Sequence record: PP400781
Origin: Escherichia phage FL20
Length of the DNA: 64,000 bases
Strand: one strand, 5' to 3'
In this document: positions 1 through 9,607 of the stretch, one piece after another
How positions within the stretch are numbered: the first letter of the stretch is position 1
Layout: each line of letters starts with the position of its first letter
The notes under the pieces: model-generated
What the model was told of the DNA's origin: nothing
Database searches by the model: none
Seen by the model: the letters and a program-made list of their open reading frames with translations, nothing else
Translations under genes and position numbers: made by a program

Positions 1-58
1 ATATATTATCATGCGGGGAGAAGTTCCCCGCCTAATTTCTCCCAATTCGAGGTGAATA

Positions 59-1624
59 ATGTTTAGTAGATTAAAAATGCTTGCGCGTTGGGCTGATTTT
101 GACAACGACAAATACGAAGAACAAATTAAAGATAAAGCAGAGTCTATCGCCGCACCTAAAAACAATGATGGTGCTACGGAAGTAGAAATTAATGATAATT
201 TACCTGCTAGCGCGTGGAACTCTCTTACCCAGCAATTTTACAGCACCGACCAGAAAATCAGCACAACTAAGCAATTAGTTAACACATATCGCGGTTTGAT
301 GAATAACCATGAAGTCGAAAACGCTGTACAAAATATCGTTAACGATGCGATTGTATTTGAAGAAGGTCATGAAGTTGTTTCATTAAATCTTGAGGCGACT
401 GGCTTTAGTGAATCTGTAAAAGAGCGCATTCATGAAGAATTTAAAGATCTTTTAAACACTATCCAGTTTGATAGGCGCGGTCAGGATATGTTCCGTCGCT
501 GGTATGTCGATTCGCGTATTTTCTTCCATAAAATCATCGGCAAAAATCCAAAAGATGGTATCGTAGAATTACGCCAGCTTGACCCACGTAATCTTGAATA
601 CGTTCGAGAGATCATTACAGAAGACACACCGGAAGGTAAAATTTATAAAGCAACGAAAGAATATTTCATTTACACTGTAGGCAATAGCTCTTATTGCGCA
701 GGTGGTCAAGTATTCTCTCCTAATAGTCGCGTTAAAATCCCGCGTAGTGCTATTACATACGCTCACAGCGGCTTGATGGATTGCGATGATAAATATATCA
801 TTGGTTATTTGCATCGGGCTGTTAAGCCAGCAAACCAGCTTAAATTGTTGGAAGACGCAATGGTCGTTTATCGTATCACGCGTGCACCGGAACGCCGAGT
901 GTTCTTTATTGATACCGGAAACATGAACAACCGCAAGGCTGCACAGCACATGAACTCAGTGGCACAGTCTTTTAAAAACCGCGTTGTTTATGATGCATCG
1001 ACTGGTAAACTTAAAAACCAGCAAGCAAATCTATCAATGACAGAGGACTACTGGTTACAGCGTCGAGATGGTAAAGCAATCACCGACGTTACTACTTTAC
1101 CCGGTGCATCCGGTATGAGTGATATCGATGATATTCGCTACTTTAACCGTAAATTGTATGAAGCGTTGCGTGTACCATTGTCACGCAGTAATCTCTCCGA
1201 TGCTAATATGGTGATCGGTGGTGACGGTTCAGAAATTACTCGCGATGAGTTGGAATTTTCGAAATTCATTAGAACTCTGCAATCACAGTTTTCGGAAGTA
1301 TTGCGCGATCCTCTGAAATATAATCTGATTCTCAAAAATGTAATTACGGAAGACGATTGGGATCGTGAAATAAATAATATCAAGGTGGTTTTCCATCGGG
1401 ACTCTTATTATACAGAAGTTAAAGACGCGGAAATTTTAGAACGTCGAATCGGTCTAATCGAACGTATTACACCTTACATTGGTAAATATTTCTCTAACCA
1501 GACAGTGATGCGTGACATTCTGAAATATACCGATGACCAGATGGACACCGAGAAGAAACAGATCGAAGAAGAAGCGAACGATCCGCGCTTTAAACAAACT
1601 CCCGATGAAATAGAGGATTTTTAA
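59..1624 (+). CDS. 20: portal vertex protein
   Basis: 521 aa; reads colinear with T4 gp20 as recalled (TYRxLMNN, RRWYVDSRIFFHKII, GYLHRAVKPANQLKLLED); first gene of head module. Confidence 0.9.
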   Translation: MFSRLKMLARWADFDNDKYEEQIKDKAESIAAPKNNDGATEVEINDNLPASAWNSLTQQFYSTDQKISTTKQLVNTYRGLMNNHEVENAVQNIVNDAIVFEEGHEVVSLNLEATGFSESVKERIHEEFKDLLNTIQFDRRGQDMFRRWYVDSRIFFHKIIGKNPKDGIVELRQLDPRNLEYVREIITEDTPEGKIYKATKEYFIYTVGNSSYCAGGQVFSPNSRVKIPRSAITYAHSGLMDCDDKYIIGYLHRAVKPANQLKLLEDAMVVYRITRAPERRVFFIDTGNMNNRKAAQHMNSVAQSFKNRVVYDASTGKLKNQQANLSMTEDYWLQRRDGKAITDVTTLPGASGMSDIDDIRYFNRKLYEALRVPLSRSNLSDANMVIGGDGSEITRDELEFSKFIRTLQSQFSEVLRDPLKYNLILKNVITEDDWDREINNIKVVFHRDSYYTEVKDAEILERRIGLIERITPYIGKYFSNQTVMRDILKYTDDQMDTEKKQIEEEANDPRFKQTPDEIEDF

Positions 1625-1858
1625 ATGAAACAATTTATCGAAGCAATTAAAACTCGAGATCTAACGCTGATCGAAAAAGAATTTGATAAGATCATGGAGG
1701 CTAAAAAAGCCCAGATCATAGAATCCCAGCGTGTCGAAATCGCATCCAGTATCATGATCGAAGGTGAAGAAGAAAAAGACCGCGATGATGAAGATATGGA
1801 AGATGAGGACGACGAAGATCACAAAGACGATAAAAAAGACAAAGAAGACGACGAATAA
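1625..1858 (+). CDS. 67: prohead core protein, acidic C-terminus
   Basis: 77 aa, D/E-rich tail; position between 20 and 68 as in T4. Confidence 0.65.
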   Translation: MKQFIEAIKTRDLTLIEKEFDKIMEAKKAQIIESQRVEIASSIMIEGEEEKDRDDEDMEDEDDEDHKDDKKDKEDDE

Positions 1859-1870
1859 TAGGAAGCCAAC

Positions 1871-2278
1871 ATGATTAAAGATTTTACTCCTAAAGCTGAC
1901 TTAGAAACTTTTCTGCCGGAAGCACAGGAAAAATTGGACATGTTGGCTATGTTTGAGTCAGAAGAACTATTGAAAATCGTTGAAGGTATCTCCGAGGATG
2001 AGCCGGAACTGGCGGTAGCAATGCTGTCTATCATCGACGGAATTACTGTAAATGAAGCAATGGTTAAACATGTAAACGCACGCGGGGAAGTTGCACGTAA
2101 GAAAGATCGCAAAACCCGTGAGCGTAATGCTTACATGACTACTGGCCTAAGCAAAGCTAAACGCCGTCAAATTGCCCGTCGTGCTGCAAAAACCAAACGT
2201 GCAAATCCATCTATCGAACGTCATGCGGAACGTAAGCGCAAAAAAGCAATGCGTAAACGTAAGGCGTTAGGATTATAA
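1871..2278 (+). CDS. 68: prohead core protein
   Basis: 135 aa, basic C-terminus; synteny 67-68-21. Confidence 0.65.
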   Translation: MIKDFTPKADLETFLPEAQEKLDMLAMFESEELLKIVEGISEDEPELAVAMLSIIDGITVNEAMVKHVNARGEVARKKDRKTRERNAYMTTGLSKAKRRQIARRAAKTKRANPSIERHAERKRKKAMRKRKALGL

Positions 2279-2289
2279 CAGGAAACAAC

Positions 2290-2985
2290 ATGGAAAAGAA
2301 CGAATTACTGATCGAACAATGGGGCGTTCCTTGTGCTCGCGGTAGTTCGTCATTGCTTGAATCATTTGATGATAAGGCTACAGGAAATCTCTATATTCAA
2401 GGGATTTTCCTGCAAGCCGAAACGGTAAACCGCAATAAACGCTGGTATCCTCGCAGTGTTCTAGAAAATGCGGTTACTAAATACATACATGAACAAGTTG
2501 AGACACATCAAGCTCTAGGCGAACTTAATCACCCAGCAAGAGCAATGCCAGATCCATCCAATGCTTGCATCATAATTGAAAAATTATGGTGGGAAGGTAA
2601 TAACGTGATGGGTAAAGCCCGTGTTATTGAAGGGGATAAAGGCGCAGGTGATAAACTTGCTGCACTGATTCGCGCTGGCTGGATTCCTGGCGTTTCCTCC
2701 CGTGGGTTGGGTCGGTTGAAAGACTCTGGTCGCGGATACAATATTGTACAGGAAGGTTTTGTGTTGACGGTTGGTGTTGATGTTGTATGGGGTCCGAGCG
2801 CACCAGATGCGTGGGTAACTCCGGTGGTTGAGTCAACGGATAGCGATTCTAGCGCGTCAGACGCACCAGAAAGCGATAAAACCGAAAAGGTGACTAACCC
2901 TACAGCCTCACAACAAAACATCGTAGAATCGAATAATAGCGCGTTTATGGCGCTCGCAGAAGCGTTATCTAAACGCTATAAATAA
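2290..2985 (+). CDS. 21: prohead core scaffold protein and protease
   Basis: 231 aa; LGELNHP, GDKLAALIRAGWIPGVSSRGLG, WGPSAPDAWVTP match T4 gp21 as recalled. Confidence 0.9.
   Translation: MEKNELLIEQWGVPCARGSSSLLESFDDKATGNLYIQGIFLQAETVNRNKRWYPRSVLENAVTKYIHEQVETHQALGELNHPARAMPDPSNACIIIEKLWWEGNNVMGKARVIEGDKGAGDKLAALIRAGWIPGVSSRGLGRLKDSGRGYNIVQEGFVLTVGVDVVWGPSAPDAWVTPVVESTDSDSSASDAPESDKTEKVTNPTASQQNIVESNNSAFMALAEALSKRYK
2977..2984 (+). promoter_or_regulatory. T4-type late promoter TATAAATA (gene 22)
   Basis: Exact TATAAATA 33 nt upstream of gene 22 start, overlapping last codons of gene 21. Confidence 0.6.
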
Positions 2986-3016
2986 TAACGTCGTTATCAA
3001 CAAGAAGGTTATAACC

Positions 3017-3811
3017 ATGCTTAAAGAAATGCTGCTCGAAGAAGCAAAACAGATCACCGTAGACGTTGCTCTCGATGACCTGTTTGAATCCGTCGAACTG
3101 TCGCCGGAAGTAAAAGAAAATTTTGGTACTATCTACGCTCAGGCGGTAAAAGCTAATGCTGTTGCTCTGGCAGAAAGCCACATTGAAAAAATCGCCGCTA
3201 AAGCCGATGAACTGGTAGAATCAAAGGTCGAAGAAGCACGCACCGAGATTGAAACCAAACTGTACGAAGATGCAGATAAATTCCTGAATCACTTAGGCGC
3301 TAAATGGCTGGCAGAAAATAAAGAAGCCGTCACCCGTAATATTAAAGCGGATCTGTGCGAATCCCTGATTGGTTCTCTGAAAGATGTTTTCGTTACTCAC
3401 AATGTTGTAGTACCGGAAGAATCTGTAGACGTTGTTGCTGAACTTGACGAAGCACTCAAAGAAGAAAAAGAAAAAACCTCTGAACTCTTTGATGCCAAAC
3501 TGCAACTTGAAAGCGAAATTCGTGGCATGAAGCGCGAACAAGCGATCAATGAAAGCACTCGTGATCTTTCCGATACTCAGAAAGAAAAAGTAACCGCGCT
3601 GATTGAAGGTCTGGAATATAGCGAAACTTTCGATAAGAAATTAACTGCAATTGTCGAAATGGTTGCTAAGAAAGAAGACAAACCAGCGAAGATTGAAGAA
3701 TCACTAAATACTGATGCCGACAAGCTGAATGTTATTGCAGAAGCTGTCGAAGAATCAGAGAAAAAGGCAACTGTAGATTCCGGCGTATCCCGCTACCTGA
3801 ATTTCATCTAA
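3017..3811 (+). CDS. 22: prohead core scaffold protein
   Basis: 264 aa, acidic and helical, synteny 21-22-23. Confidence 0.85.
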   Translation: MLKEMLLEEAKQITVDVALDDLFESVELSPEVKENFGTIYAQAVKANAVALAESHIEKIAAKADELVESKVEEARTEIETKLYEDADKFLNHLGAKWLAENKEAVTRNIKADLCESLIGSLKDVFVTHNVVVPEESVDVVAELDEALKEEKEKTSELFDAKLQLESEIRGMKREQAINESTRDLSDTQKEKVTALIEGLEYSETFDKKLTAIVEMVAKKEDKPAKIEESLNTDADKLNVIAEAVEESEKKATVDSGVSRYLNFI

Positions 3812-3829
3812 TGTAATTCAAATCTACTT

Positions 3830-3837
3830 TATAAATA
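3830..3837 (+). promoter_or_regulatory. T4-type late promoter TATAAATA (gene 23)
   Basis: Exact TATAAATA 34 nt upstream of gene 23 ATG. Confidence 0.7.
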
Positions 3838-3870
3838 CTTTAGGTTAACAACAAACAAGGTTTAAAGAAC

Positions 3871-5469
3871 ATGAAAACTACCAAAGAACTGATGGAAAAA
3901 TGGTCCCCGCTGCTGGAGAACGAAAAACTGCCGGAAATCGCAACTGCGTCTAAGCAGAAACTGGTTGCTAAAATTCTGGAATCTCAGGAAGCGGATTTTG
4001 CTGTAGACCCGATCTATAAGGATGAAAAAGTTGTTGAAGCATTCGGTGGCTTTATCGCAGAAGCCGAAGTTGCTGGCGACCACGGTTATGACGCATCTCA
4101 GATCGCGGCTGGTCAGACTACTGGTGCAATCACTAACGTAGGTCCGGCTGTTATCGGTATGGTTCGCCGTGCTATTCCTAACCTGATCGCATTTGATATT
4201 TGTGGCGTTCAGCCGATGAGCACTCCGACTAGCCAGATCTTTGCAATCCGTTCTGTATACGGTCCAGATCCACTGGCAGGTGGCAATGCTCAGAATGTTC
4301 GTGAAGCATTCCATCCGATGTATGCGCCAGATGCTTTCCATAGCTCTCTTGCTGCTAAAGGTGCATCTGTAGGTTCTCCGACTGGGACTCCGTTTGCTAA
4401 ACTAACTATCAATACTCAGATTGAAGCAGGTGATATTGTACACCACACCTTCGCAGAAACTGGCATTGCATATCTGCAAAACGTTACCGCTGGCGCAGTA
4501 ACCCCGGCCAAATCTGGCAGCGAGTCCGAAGATGAAGTTGTCATGAAGCTGATGGAAGAAGGTAAACTGGCTGAAATCGCTTTCGGTATGGCGACTTCCA
4601 TTGCCGAAATTCAGGAAGGCTTTAACGGTTCCAGCAATAACCCGTGGGCTGAAATGTCAATGCGTATTGACAAACAGGTTGTTGAAGCGAAATCTCGCCA
4701 ACTGAAAGCCCGTTACTCTATCGAAGTTGCGCAGGATCTGCGTGCTGTACACGGTATGGATGCTGACGCTGAACTGAATGCTATCCTGGCTAACGAAGTT
4801 CTGCTGGAAATCAACCGTGAAATCGTTGACGTGATCAACTTTACCGCTCAGGTTGGTAAGACTGGTATGACTCAGACCGTTGGTTCTAAAGCTGGTGTAT
4901 TTGACCTGCAAGACCCGATCGATACTCGCGGTGCTCGTTGGGCTGGTGAATCCTTCAAATCTCTGATCTACCAGATCGACAAAGAAGCTGCTGAAATCGC
5001 TCGTCAGACTGGTCGCGGTGCTGGTAACTTTGTTATCGCTTCCCGTAACGTTGTAAACATTCTGGCTTCTGCTGATCAGGGTATCAGTCTTGCTATGCAG
5101 GGTGCTGCAAAAGGTCTGAACACCGACACCACTAAAGCTGTTTTCGCTGGTGTTCTGGCTGGTAAGTACAAAGTGTTCATCGACCAGTATGCTCGTCAAG
5201 ACTACTTCACCGTAGGTTACAAAGGCGACAACGAAATGGATGCTGGTATCTACTATGCTCCGTATGTTGCTCTGACTCCGCTGCGTGCAACTGACCCGCA
5301 GTCTTTCCACCCGGTTCTGGGCTTCAAGACTCGCTATGGCATCGGCATTAACCCGTTTGCAGACAGCAAATCCCAGGCACCGTCCGCTCGCATCACCTCC
5401 GGTATGTTGAGCAAAGACAGCGTAGGTAAAAACGCATACTTCCGTCGTGTATGGGTTAAGGGTTGCTAA
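3871..5469 (+). CDS. 23: major capsid protein
   Basis: 532 aa; strongly biased codon usage; typical gp23 sequence and position. Confidence 0.95.
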   Translation: MKTTKELMEKWSPLLENEKLPEIATASKQKLVAKILESQEADFAVDPIYKDEKVVEAFGGFIAEAEVAGDHGYDASQIAAGQTTGAITNVGPAVIGMVRRAIPNLIAFDICGVQPMSTPTSQIFAIRSVYGPDPLAGGNAQNVREAFHPMYAPDAFHSSLAAKGASVGSPTGTPFAKLTINTQIEAGDIVHHTFAETGIAYLQNVTAGAVTPAKSGSESEDEVVMKLMEEGKLAEIAFGMATSIAEIQEGFNGSSNNPWAEMSMRIDKQVVEAKSRQLKARYSIEVAQDLRAVHGMDADAELNAILANEVLLEINREIVDVINFTAQVGKTGMTQTVGSKAGVFDLQDPIDTRGARWAGESFKSLIYQIDKEAAEIARQTGRGAGNFVIASRNVVNILASADQGISLAMQGAAKGLNTDTTKAVFAGVLAGKYKVFIDQYARQDYFTVGYKGDNEMDAGIYYAPYVALTPLRATDPQSFHPVLGFKTRYGIGINPFADSKSQAPSARITSGMLSKDSVGKNAYFRRVWVKGC

Positions 5470-5553
5470 TATAAGCCAATTCCTGAAAACTCCGGTCGGG
5501 TGCAATACCCGACTTATCATAAACCTTATGACAGTGTAAAGTGTTAATTCCAA

Positions 5554-5584
5554 AGGGAAGACTCGAAAGGGTCTTCCCTTTTTG
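5554..5584 (+). terminator. rho-independent terminator after gene 23
   Basis: AGGGAAGAC-tcgaa-GTCTTCCCT hairpin followed by TTTTT. Confidence 0.8.
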
Positions 5585-5599
5585 CGTATTATAACCAGT

Positions 5600-5607
5600 T
5601 ATAAATA
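5600..5607 (+). promoter_or_regulatory. T4-type late promoter TATAAATA
   Basis: Exact TATAAATA just downstream of the gene 23 terminator. Confidence 0.45.
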
Positions 5608-5968
5608 AGGTTGCAAGCCTATATTCTATTGGGAGCGAAAATAGATACACACAACAAAGACAGGAAGATGCAGAACATCGGTGGGTTGCTAGCCTAAATC
5701 CGGTGGCTATGATATGTGATTGATTTTGATGCTGGATTTATTAAAACACAACAAACAATTCCACCAATTTTCGTAGTAACTGCATGGCAAAGGGACCAAT
5801 GAATGAAATGAGCGTTCATGTTGATATTGGGTCGGATAGATTTGGTAGATATACAGATCTGGTGTATGCCGACCTTGTTATGACATTCCAGTGTGACGCT
5901 AGCGGTAATTTTTGGTTTTGGTACGCTGTTCCCCGAATTAACCCAAAATTCTCCATAAGGAGGAATGC

Positions 5969-6121
5969 ATGAGTAAGAAAGAAAACAGCTATGTTATGAC
6001 TCGTAAGGAATACAACGAATTGATGTTAGCATTAGCTTATGCAATTATTCGTTCTGATCATGCAATTAATCTGGTAAACAAAGTTAACCGTAGCGTTGAT
6101 AATGTTTCTAGGAAGAAGTAA
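5969..6121 (+). CDS. hypothetical small protein (50 aa)
   Basis: ORF below track cutoff; strong SD AAGGAGG 5 nt upstream of ATG; sits in 23-24 intergenic region where T4 has segD. Confidence 0.4.
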   Translation: MSKKENSYVMTRKEYNELMLALAYAIIRSDHAINLVNKVNRSVDNVSRKK

Positions 6122-6160
6122 GTTTATTTTTGGAATCCTTTGGATTCCTTTTTCTTTTTG

Positions 6161-6168
6161 TATAAATA
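6161..6168 (+). promoter_or_regulatory. T4-type late promoter TATAAATA (gene 24)
   Basis: Exact TATAAATA 38 nt upstream of proposed gene 24 start. Confidence 0.65.
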
Positions 6169-6205
6169 TGATATATCCATTAAGGCAAATACAGGATTCA
6201 TAAAC

Positions 6206-7447
6206 ATGACTCATATTTTTACTGAACTGTTGCGGGAATCTACTTCCTCAGTAGCTAACCAGACAGCGCGACCGCAACTATTATCATTAACTCGCGCGGT
6301 AAACAACCTGATTTTCTCTGATCTGGTAGCAATCCAGCCAACGGATCAACCAGTATCTGCATTGTACGGCCTACGTTATCTTAATCATGATGGTCAGATG
6401 ACTTTCCGAACTGCTGCAACCTACGGTGGCGCGGTTGGTGATCGCACAGAGATTGAAGAGTTTTCAAAAGAAAAATCTTATGACGAAGGCGCACTATTCA
6501 AATCAGGCGATGTTGTATACGAAGTTGTGACCGCTGGTACAGTCGGTGAAGATGCCGCAACTCCAGAAGCTGCGATCTTTAAAGGCGTAATGACAAACAA
6601 AATTCGTTTCTATAGCGATTGTGCATCGGTAGAATACTTTGAAGATAAAAACACCGAAATTGCGTCTACCTCTATGCAGTTTGACAAGTGGCAAGTTAAT
6701 GTAGGTTCTCGTAAACTGAAAACCTCATTCACGACCGAATTGATGCAGGATCTTGAGGCAAGCCAAATCAACTCTGAAAACTCTGTAATTGATCTTCTGG
6801 CGACTGTTGCTTCCGAAGAGATCAACAAAGATATTATTCAGAAGTTGATCACTGTATCATCTCGCTATAAAATTAAAGGGATCACCCCTGATGGCGTACT
6901 TTCTCTCGTTAGCGTTCAGGATGCACCAACACAAGCGCGTGAACTTTACCGCTACGCGTGCGAGATGAGCAATCAAATGTTGCGGACTTCCTCCTTTGCT
7001 GGTACATACGTTTTGGCGTCTTCTCGCGTGGTTGGCCTCCTGCAATCATCCGGTTGGATGGAAGAAACCGACAATGCTCTAAGCGAAGGTCGTCTACGTT
7101 GCGGTCTGGAAGTGTACGCAGACACGACAACACCTTTCGATTATATGCTCGTTGGTTGTAAGCACATGATCGGTGATATGGAGAGTGTAGGTTCTCTGTT
7201 CTACTCCCCATATACAGAAGCCGACGGCGCTGGCGCGTATAAGAGCGTAATTGACCCTAATAGCTTCCAGCATCATGTAGCTATTATGAATCGTTATTCA
7301 CTATCTGTCAACCCATACACATCAAAAGTTGATCAGGAAGAACACCAGGTCATCAAGGGTGACGATTGGGGTAAAATGGCTGGACGTTCAGAAATGTCCT
7401 ACATTTTAGGAATCGAACTGCCACCGCTTGAGATTGACAACGCTTAA
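6206..7447 (+). CDS. 24: capsid vertex protein
   Basis: Start moved to ATG at 6206 (MTHIF, AGGA upstream, downstream of late promoter); gp23 paralog by position. Confidence 0.85.
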   Translation: MTHIFTELLRESTSSVANQTARPQLLSLTRAVNNLIFSDLVAIQPTDQPVSALYGLRYLNHDGQMTFRTAATYGGAVGDRTEIEEFSKEKSYDEGALFKSGDVVYEVVTAGTVGEDAATPEAAIFKGVMTNKIRFYSDCASVEYFEDKNTEIASTSMQFDKWQVNVGSRKLKTSFTTELMQDLEASQINSENSVIDLLATVASEEINKDIIQKLITVSSRYKIKGITPDGVLSLVSVQDAPTQARELYRYACEMSNQMLRTSSFAGTYVLASSRVVGLLQSSGWMEETDNALSEGRLRCGLEVYADTTTPFDYMLVGCKHMIGDMESVGSLFYSPYTEADGAGAYKSVIDPNSFQHHVAIMNRYSLSVNPYTSKVDQEEHQVIKGDDWGKMAGRSEMSYILGIELPPLEIDNA

Positions 7448-8035
7448 CTAAATATCTAACCAAGACAAGTCAGATCCGCCCAAGATTTTTTCGACGGCGG
7501 ATCTATTTTCTTGATGATATAAGTTAAAACATGGTATCCCATGTCTACGGGCAACATAAACAGCAATTCGAGTTCCTCCCGAAACGATTCCATTAACTTC
7601 TTTCGCCCAAAATAACACACAATCTACAGGATCATCAAGTGTCTCACCTAAAACTTGAGCAACATTTCTAGAAAACAGATTTTGCATGTATAACGGTATA
7701 GAACGAGGATTATCATAAACTTGTTCTAATTCATCCATCGCCAGATTTTTTTGTTCTAAGGTTTGCCATGCAATCACATCATGACCGTTATGCTTGTGGT
7801 CATAAAACTTCCAATTTGGAATGAAAATTTTTCTATAATCTGGATCGTAATATTTCATGAAAGCATTGTCCATACCGTAAGCCCCTCCAGAATGCGCTAC
7901 AACGCGATTTTCTGACAATACCCTCCCAATGGTACTAGCCATTATCAAAATGTCGCTAGGCGCTTTTCTAGAGCCTATTAAAGCACATCTACGAAGTGGT
8001 TTTACTCCAAATAGATCTTGTAACTGGTCAAACAT
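7448..8035 (-). CDS. DprA/Smf-like Rossmann (SLOG superfamily) protein
   Basis: 195 aa; ALIGSRKAP and AHSGGAYGMD resemble DprA GSR and SGxAxGxD motifs; C-terminal SGGTRIAVYVARRHGIPCF. Confidence 0.55.
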   Translation of the reverse strand: MFDQLQDLFGVKPLRRCALIGSRKAPSDILIMASTIGRVLSENRVVAHSGGAYGMDNAFMKYYDPDYRKIFIPNWKFYDHKHNGHDVIAWQTLEQKNLAMDELEQVYDNPRSIPLYMQNLFSRNVAQVLGETLDDPVDCVLFWAKEVNGIVSGGTRIAVYVARRHGIPCFNLYHQENRSAVEKILGGSDLSWLDI

Positions 8036-8188
8036 AATATTTCCTCCATAGAAAGCAATATCATACTACAAGTTAATAACAAATACAAGTATCCGCGTAG
8101 CGGAAGCGAGCACAGCGAGCAATAAAAACACTTCCAGTAATTGATTAATAAATGTTCGAAACAAATTTTTATTATTCTATAAGATAAG

Positions 8189-8214
8189 TCTTCGTTTTGA
8201 TCATAATTTAATCA
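8189..8214. repeat. 26-bp direct repeat, copy 1
   Basis: TCTTCGTTTTGATCATAATTTAATCA, identical at 8338-8363. Confidence 0.8.
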
Positions 8215-8337
8215 CACATGTAAAAACTACACAAAAGGATATCGCTTCGCGAACTCCTACGGAGTATAACATTTGTGTTACAATATGTAGTGATTAATAA
8301 TTAACCAAAGATACATTTTCTATGTTCTAAAGATCTT

Positions 8338-8363
8338 TCTTCGTTTTGATCATAATTTAATCA
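8338..8363. repeat. 26-bp direct repeat, copy 2
   Basis: Identical to 8189-8214, 149 bp apart in AT-rich non-coding region. Confidence 0.8.
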
Positions 8364-8416
8364 AACAGTATTAATATTGTGCACATGTAAACTAAAATTA
8401 TGTTAATAACATATAC

Positions 8417-8441
8417 AAAAAAGCCGCCCCGAAGGACGGCT
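8417..8441 (-). terminator. rho-independent terminator (minus strand)
   Basis: Minus-strand hairpin AGCCGTCC-TTCG-GGGCGGCT followed by U-run; just after stop of 8450..8887. Confidence 0.7.
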
Positions 8442-8449
8442 AATGTTAA

Positions 8450-8887
8450 TTATTTGTTGATAACGATCTGATTTCGGCGAATGGTAACATTACTCTTAGA
8501 GATGATCAGATCATCCGGCACTACGTTAGTTTTGTATGGTTGGAAGCGAACAAGCATCTGATTGCGTTTAGACCCTTCCTTAATCTTGATTTCCATCTGG
8601 ATATTGTTGCCTACGTGAGCAACCGCAATTTCACCTTTATTCTCATAGACCCACTTGCTGGTAACGTCTCCAGCAAAAGCCTTAATAACTTGCAATGCTT
8701 CGTCGTATGCGGTAGAGCTGTGAACTTTCAGAAGGCCAGCCGTAGAAAGACGGGAGCAGGTGATCGCCGGAGATTGCCAAACATCAACATTAATTTGCTC
8801 AATCAGAGTAACACCGCCCTGATCAACTGCTTTGAATGCTTCGAACATTGCCTTTTTCATTGCTACGTGGTTTTTACGGAATTTCAT
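8450..8887 (-). CDS. hypothetical protein (145 aa)
   Basis: Intact ORF between gene 24 and hoc; own terminator; no recognisable motif. Confidence 0.5.
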   Translation of the reverse strand: MKFRKNHVAMKKAMFEAFKAVDQGGVTLIEQINVDVWQSPAITCSRLSTAGLLKVHSSTAYDEALQVIKAFAGDVTSKWVYENKGEIAVAHVGNNIQMEIKIKEGSKRNQMLVRFQPYKTNVVPDDLIISKSNVTIRRNQIVINK

Positions 8888-8933
8888 AATTAGTCACCTC
8901 TATTGATTAGTTATTCAGAATATTAATTACAAA

Positions 8934-9209
8934 TCAGGACATTGCCCGTTTGAATGCGTCCATTATAACAGTGTTATTTGGCATGTCAACACGTTTTTGA
9001 ACTTTATTTTTAAATTTTTTGTTGATGTGGTGTTTACGATAAACAACCTTTTCACGGTTGGCGTAAGCCTCTCGTGCATCTTTTACCATCAACCATGCCT
9101 TAGCCGCATCTTGTCCGCTGATCCCGCCAATCTTTTTAGCAATATCAACAAAATTAAGACCGTGGTCTTCGCGTAGCATGTAAACCATTAACGCTGTTTT
9201 CTTGTCCAT
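8934..9209 (-). CDS. hypothetical protein, possible HTH
   Basis: Start placed at internal Met (MDKKTALMV) coupled to stop of upstream ORF; the track ORF extends to 9317. Confidence 0.4.
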   Translation of the reverse strand: MDKKTALMVYMLREDHGLNFVDIAKKIGGISGQDAAKAWLMVKDAREAYANREKVVYRKHHINKKFKNKVQKRVDMPNNTVIMDAFKRAMS

Positions 9210-9406
9210 CACTTCGCCCCATTGACGATTAACAGGATAGTGATCAGCACCGGAAACTGGATCATGATAGTGCCAATAAACCGGATAAACGCATTTTCTG
9301 ACTTCCACACATGACATGCGACTAGCTGATATACCATTGTTGCCACCAAAGCCAGAAAATACATCTCGATTGGTGTTTCTTTGATCAATCGTACAATCTC
9401 ATTCAT
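9209..9406 (-). CDS. small hydrophobic membrane protein (65 aa)
   Basis: Two hydrophobic segments; downstream of sigma70-type promoter at 9533-9560. Confidence 0.4.
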   Translation of the reverse strand: MNEIVRLIKETPIEMYFLALVATMVYQLVACHVWKSENAFIRFIGTIMIQFPVLITILLIVNGAK

Positions 9407-9532
9407 ACTTCACCTCATACATTCATAAACACAACAACGAATAATACAGTAACAGTTATCAACGCCATTTTCAACCCCACATTCATAATATTTTCTTCGC
9501 CTCACTATGACAGTAGCATGTCGATGCGTGCC

Positions 9533-9560
9533 ATTATAGGCATCTAAATCGCTCTGTCAA
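9533..9560 (-). promoter_or_regulatory. sigma70-type early promoter (minus strand)
   Basis: Minus strand reads TTGACA - 16 nt - TATAAT; lies between hoc terminator and 9406 ORF. Confidence 0.55.
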
Positions 9561-9570
9561 GCACAAAAAC

Positions 9571-9596
9571 AAAAAAAGCCACCCCGAAGGATGGCT
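9571..9596 (-). terminator. rho-independent terminator after hoc
   Basis: Minus-strand hairpin AGCCATCC-TTCG-GGGTGGCT followed by 7 U. Confidence 0.75.
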
Positions 9597-9607
9597 GATA
9601 GATTTCA

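Noticed and set aside
5784-5972. 62-aa plus-strand ORF in the 23-24 intergenic region
   Set aside because: No RBS and unusual composition. The adjacent 50-aa ORF with a strong AAGGAGG RBS is the more likely gene. Left uncalled.
6140-6205. Upstream start for gene 24 (MDSFFFLY...)
   Set aside because: The TATAAATA late promoter at 6161-6168 lies inside this extension. ATG at 6206 has an AGGA RBS and gives a length close to T4 gp24.
8036-8449. tRNA or other structured RNA gene in the large AT-rich gap
   Set aside because: No cloverleaf-compatible segment or conserved tRNA boxes were seen by eye. This cannot be excluded without a tRNA scan.
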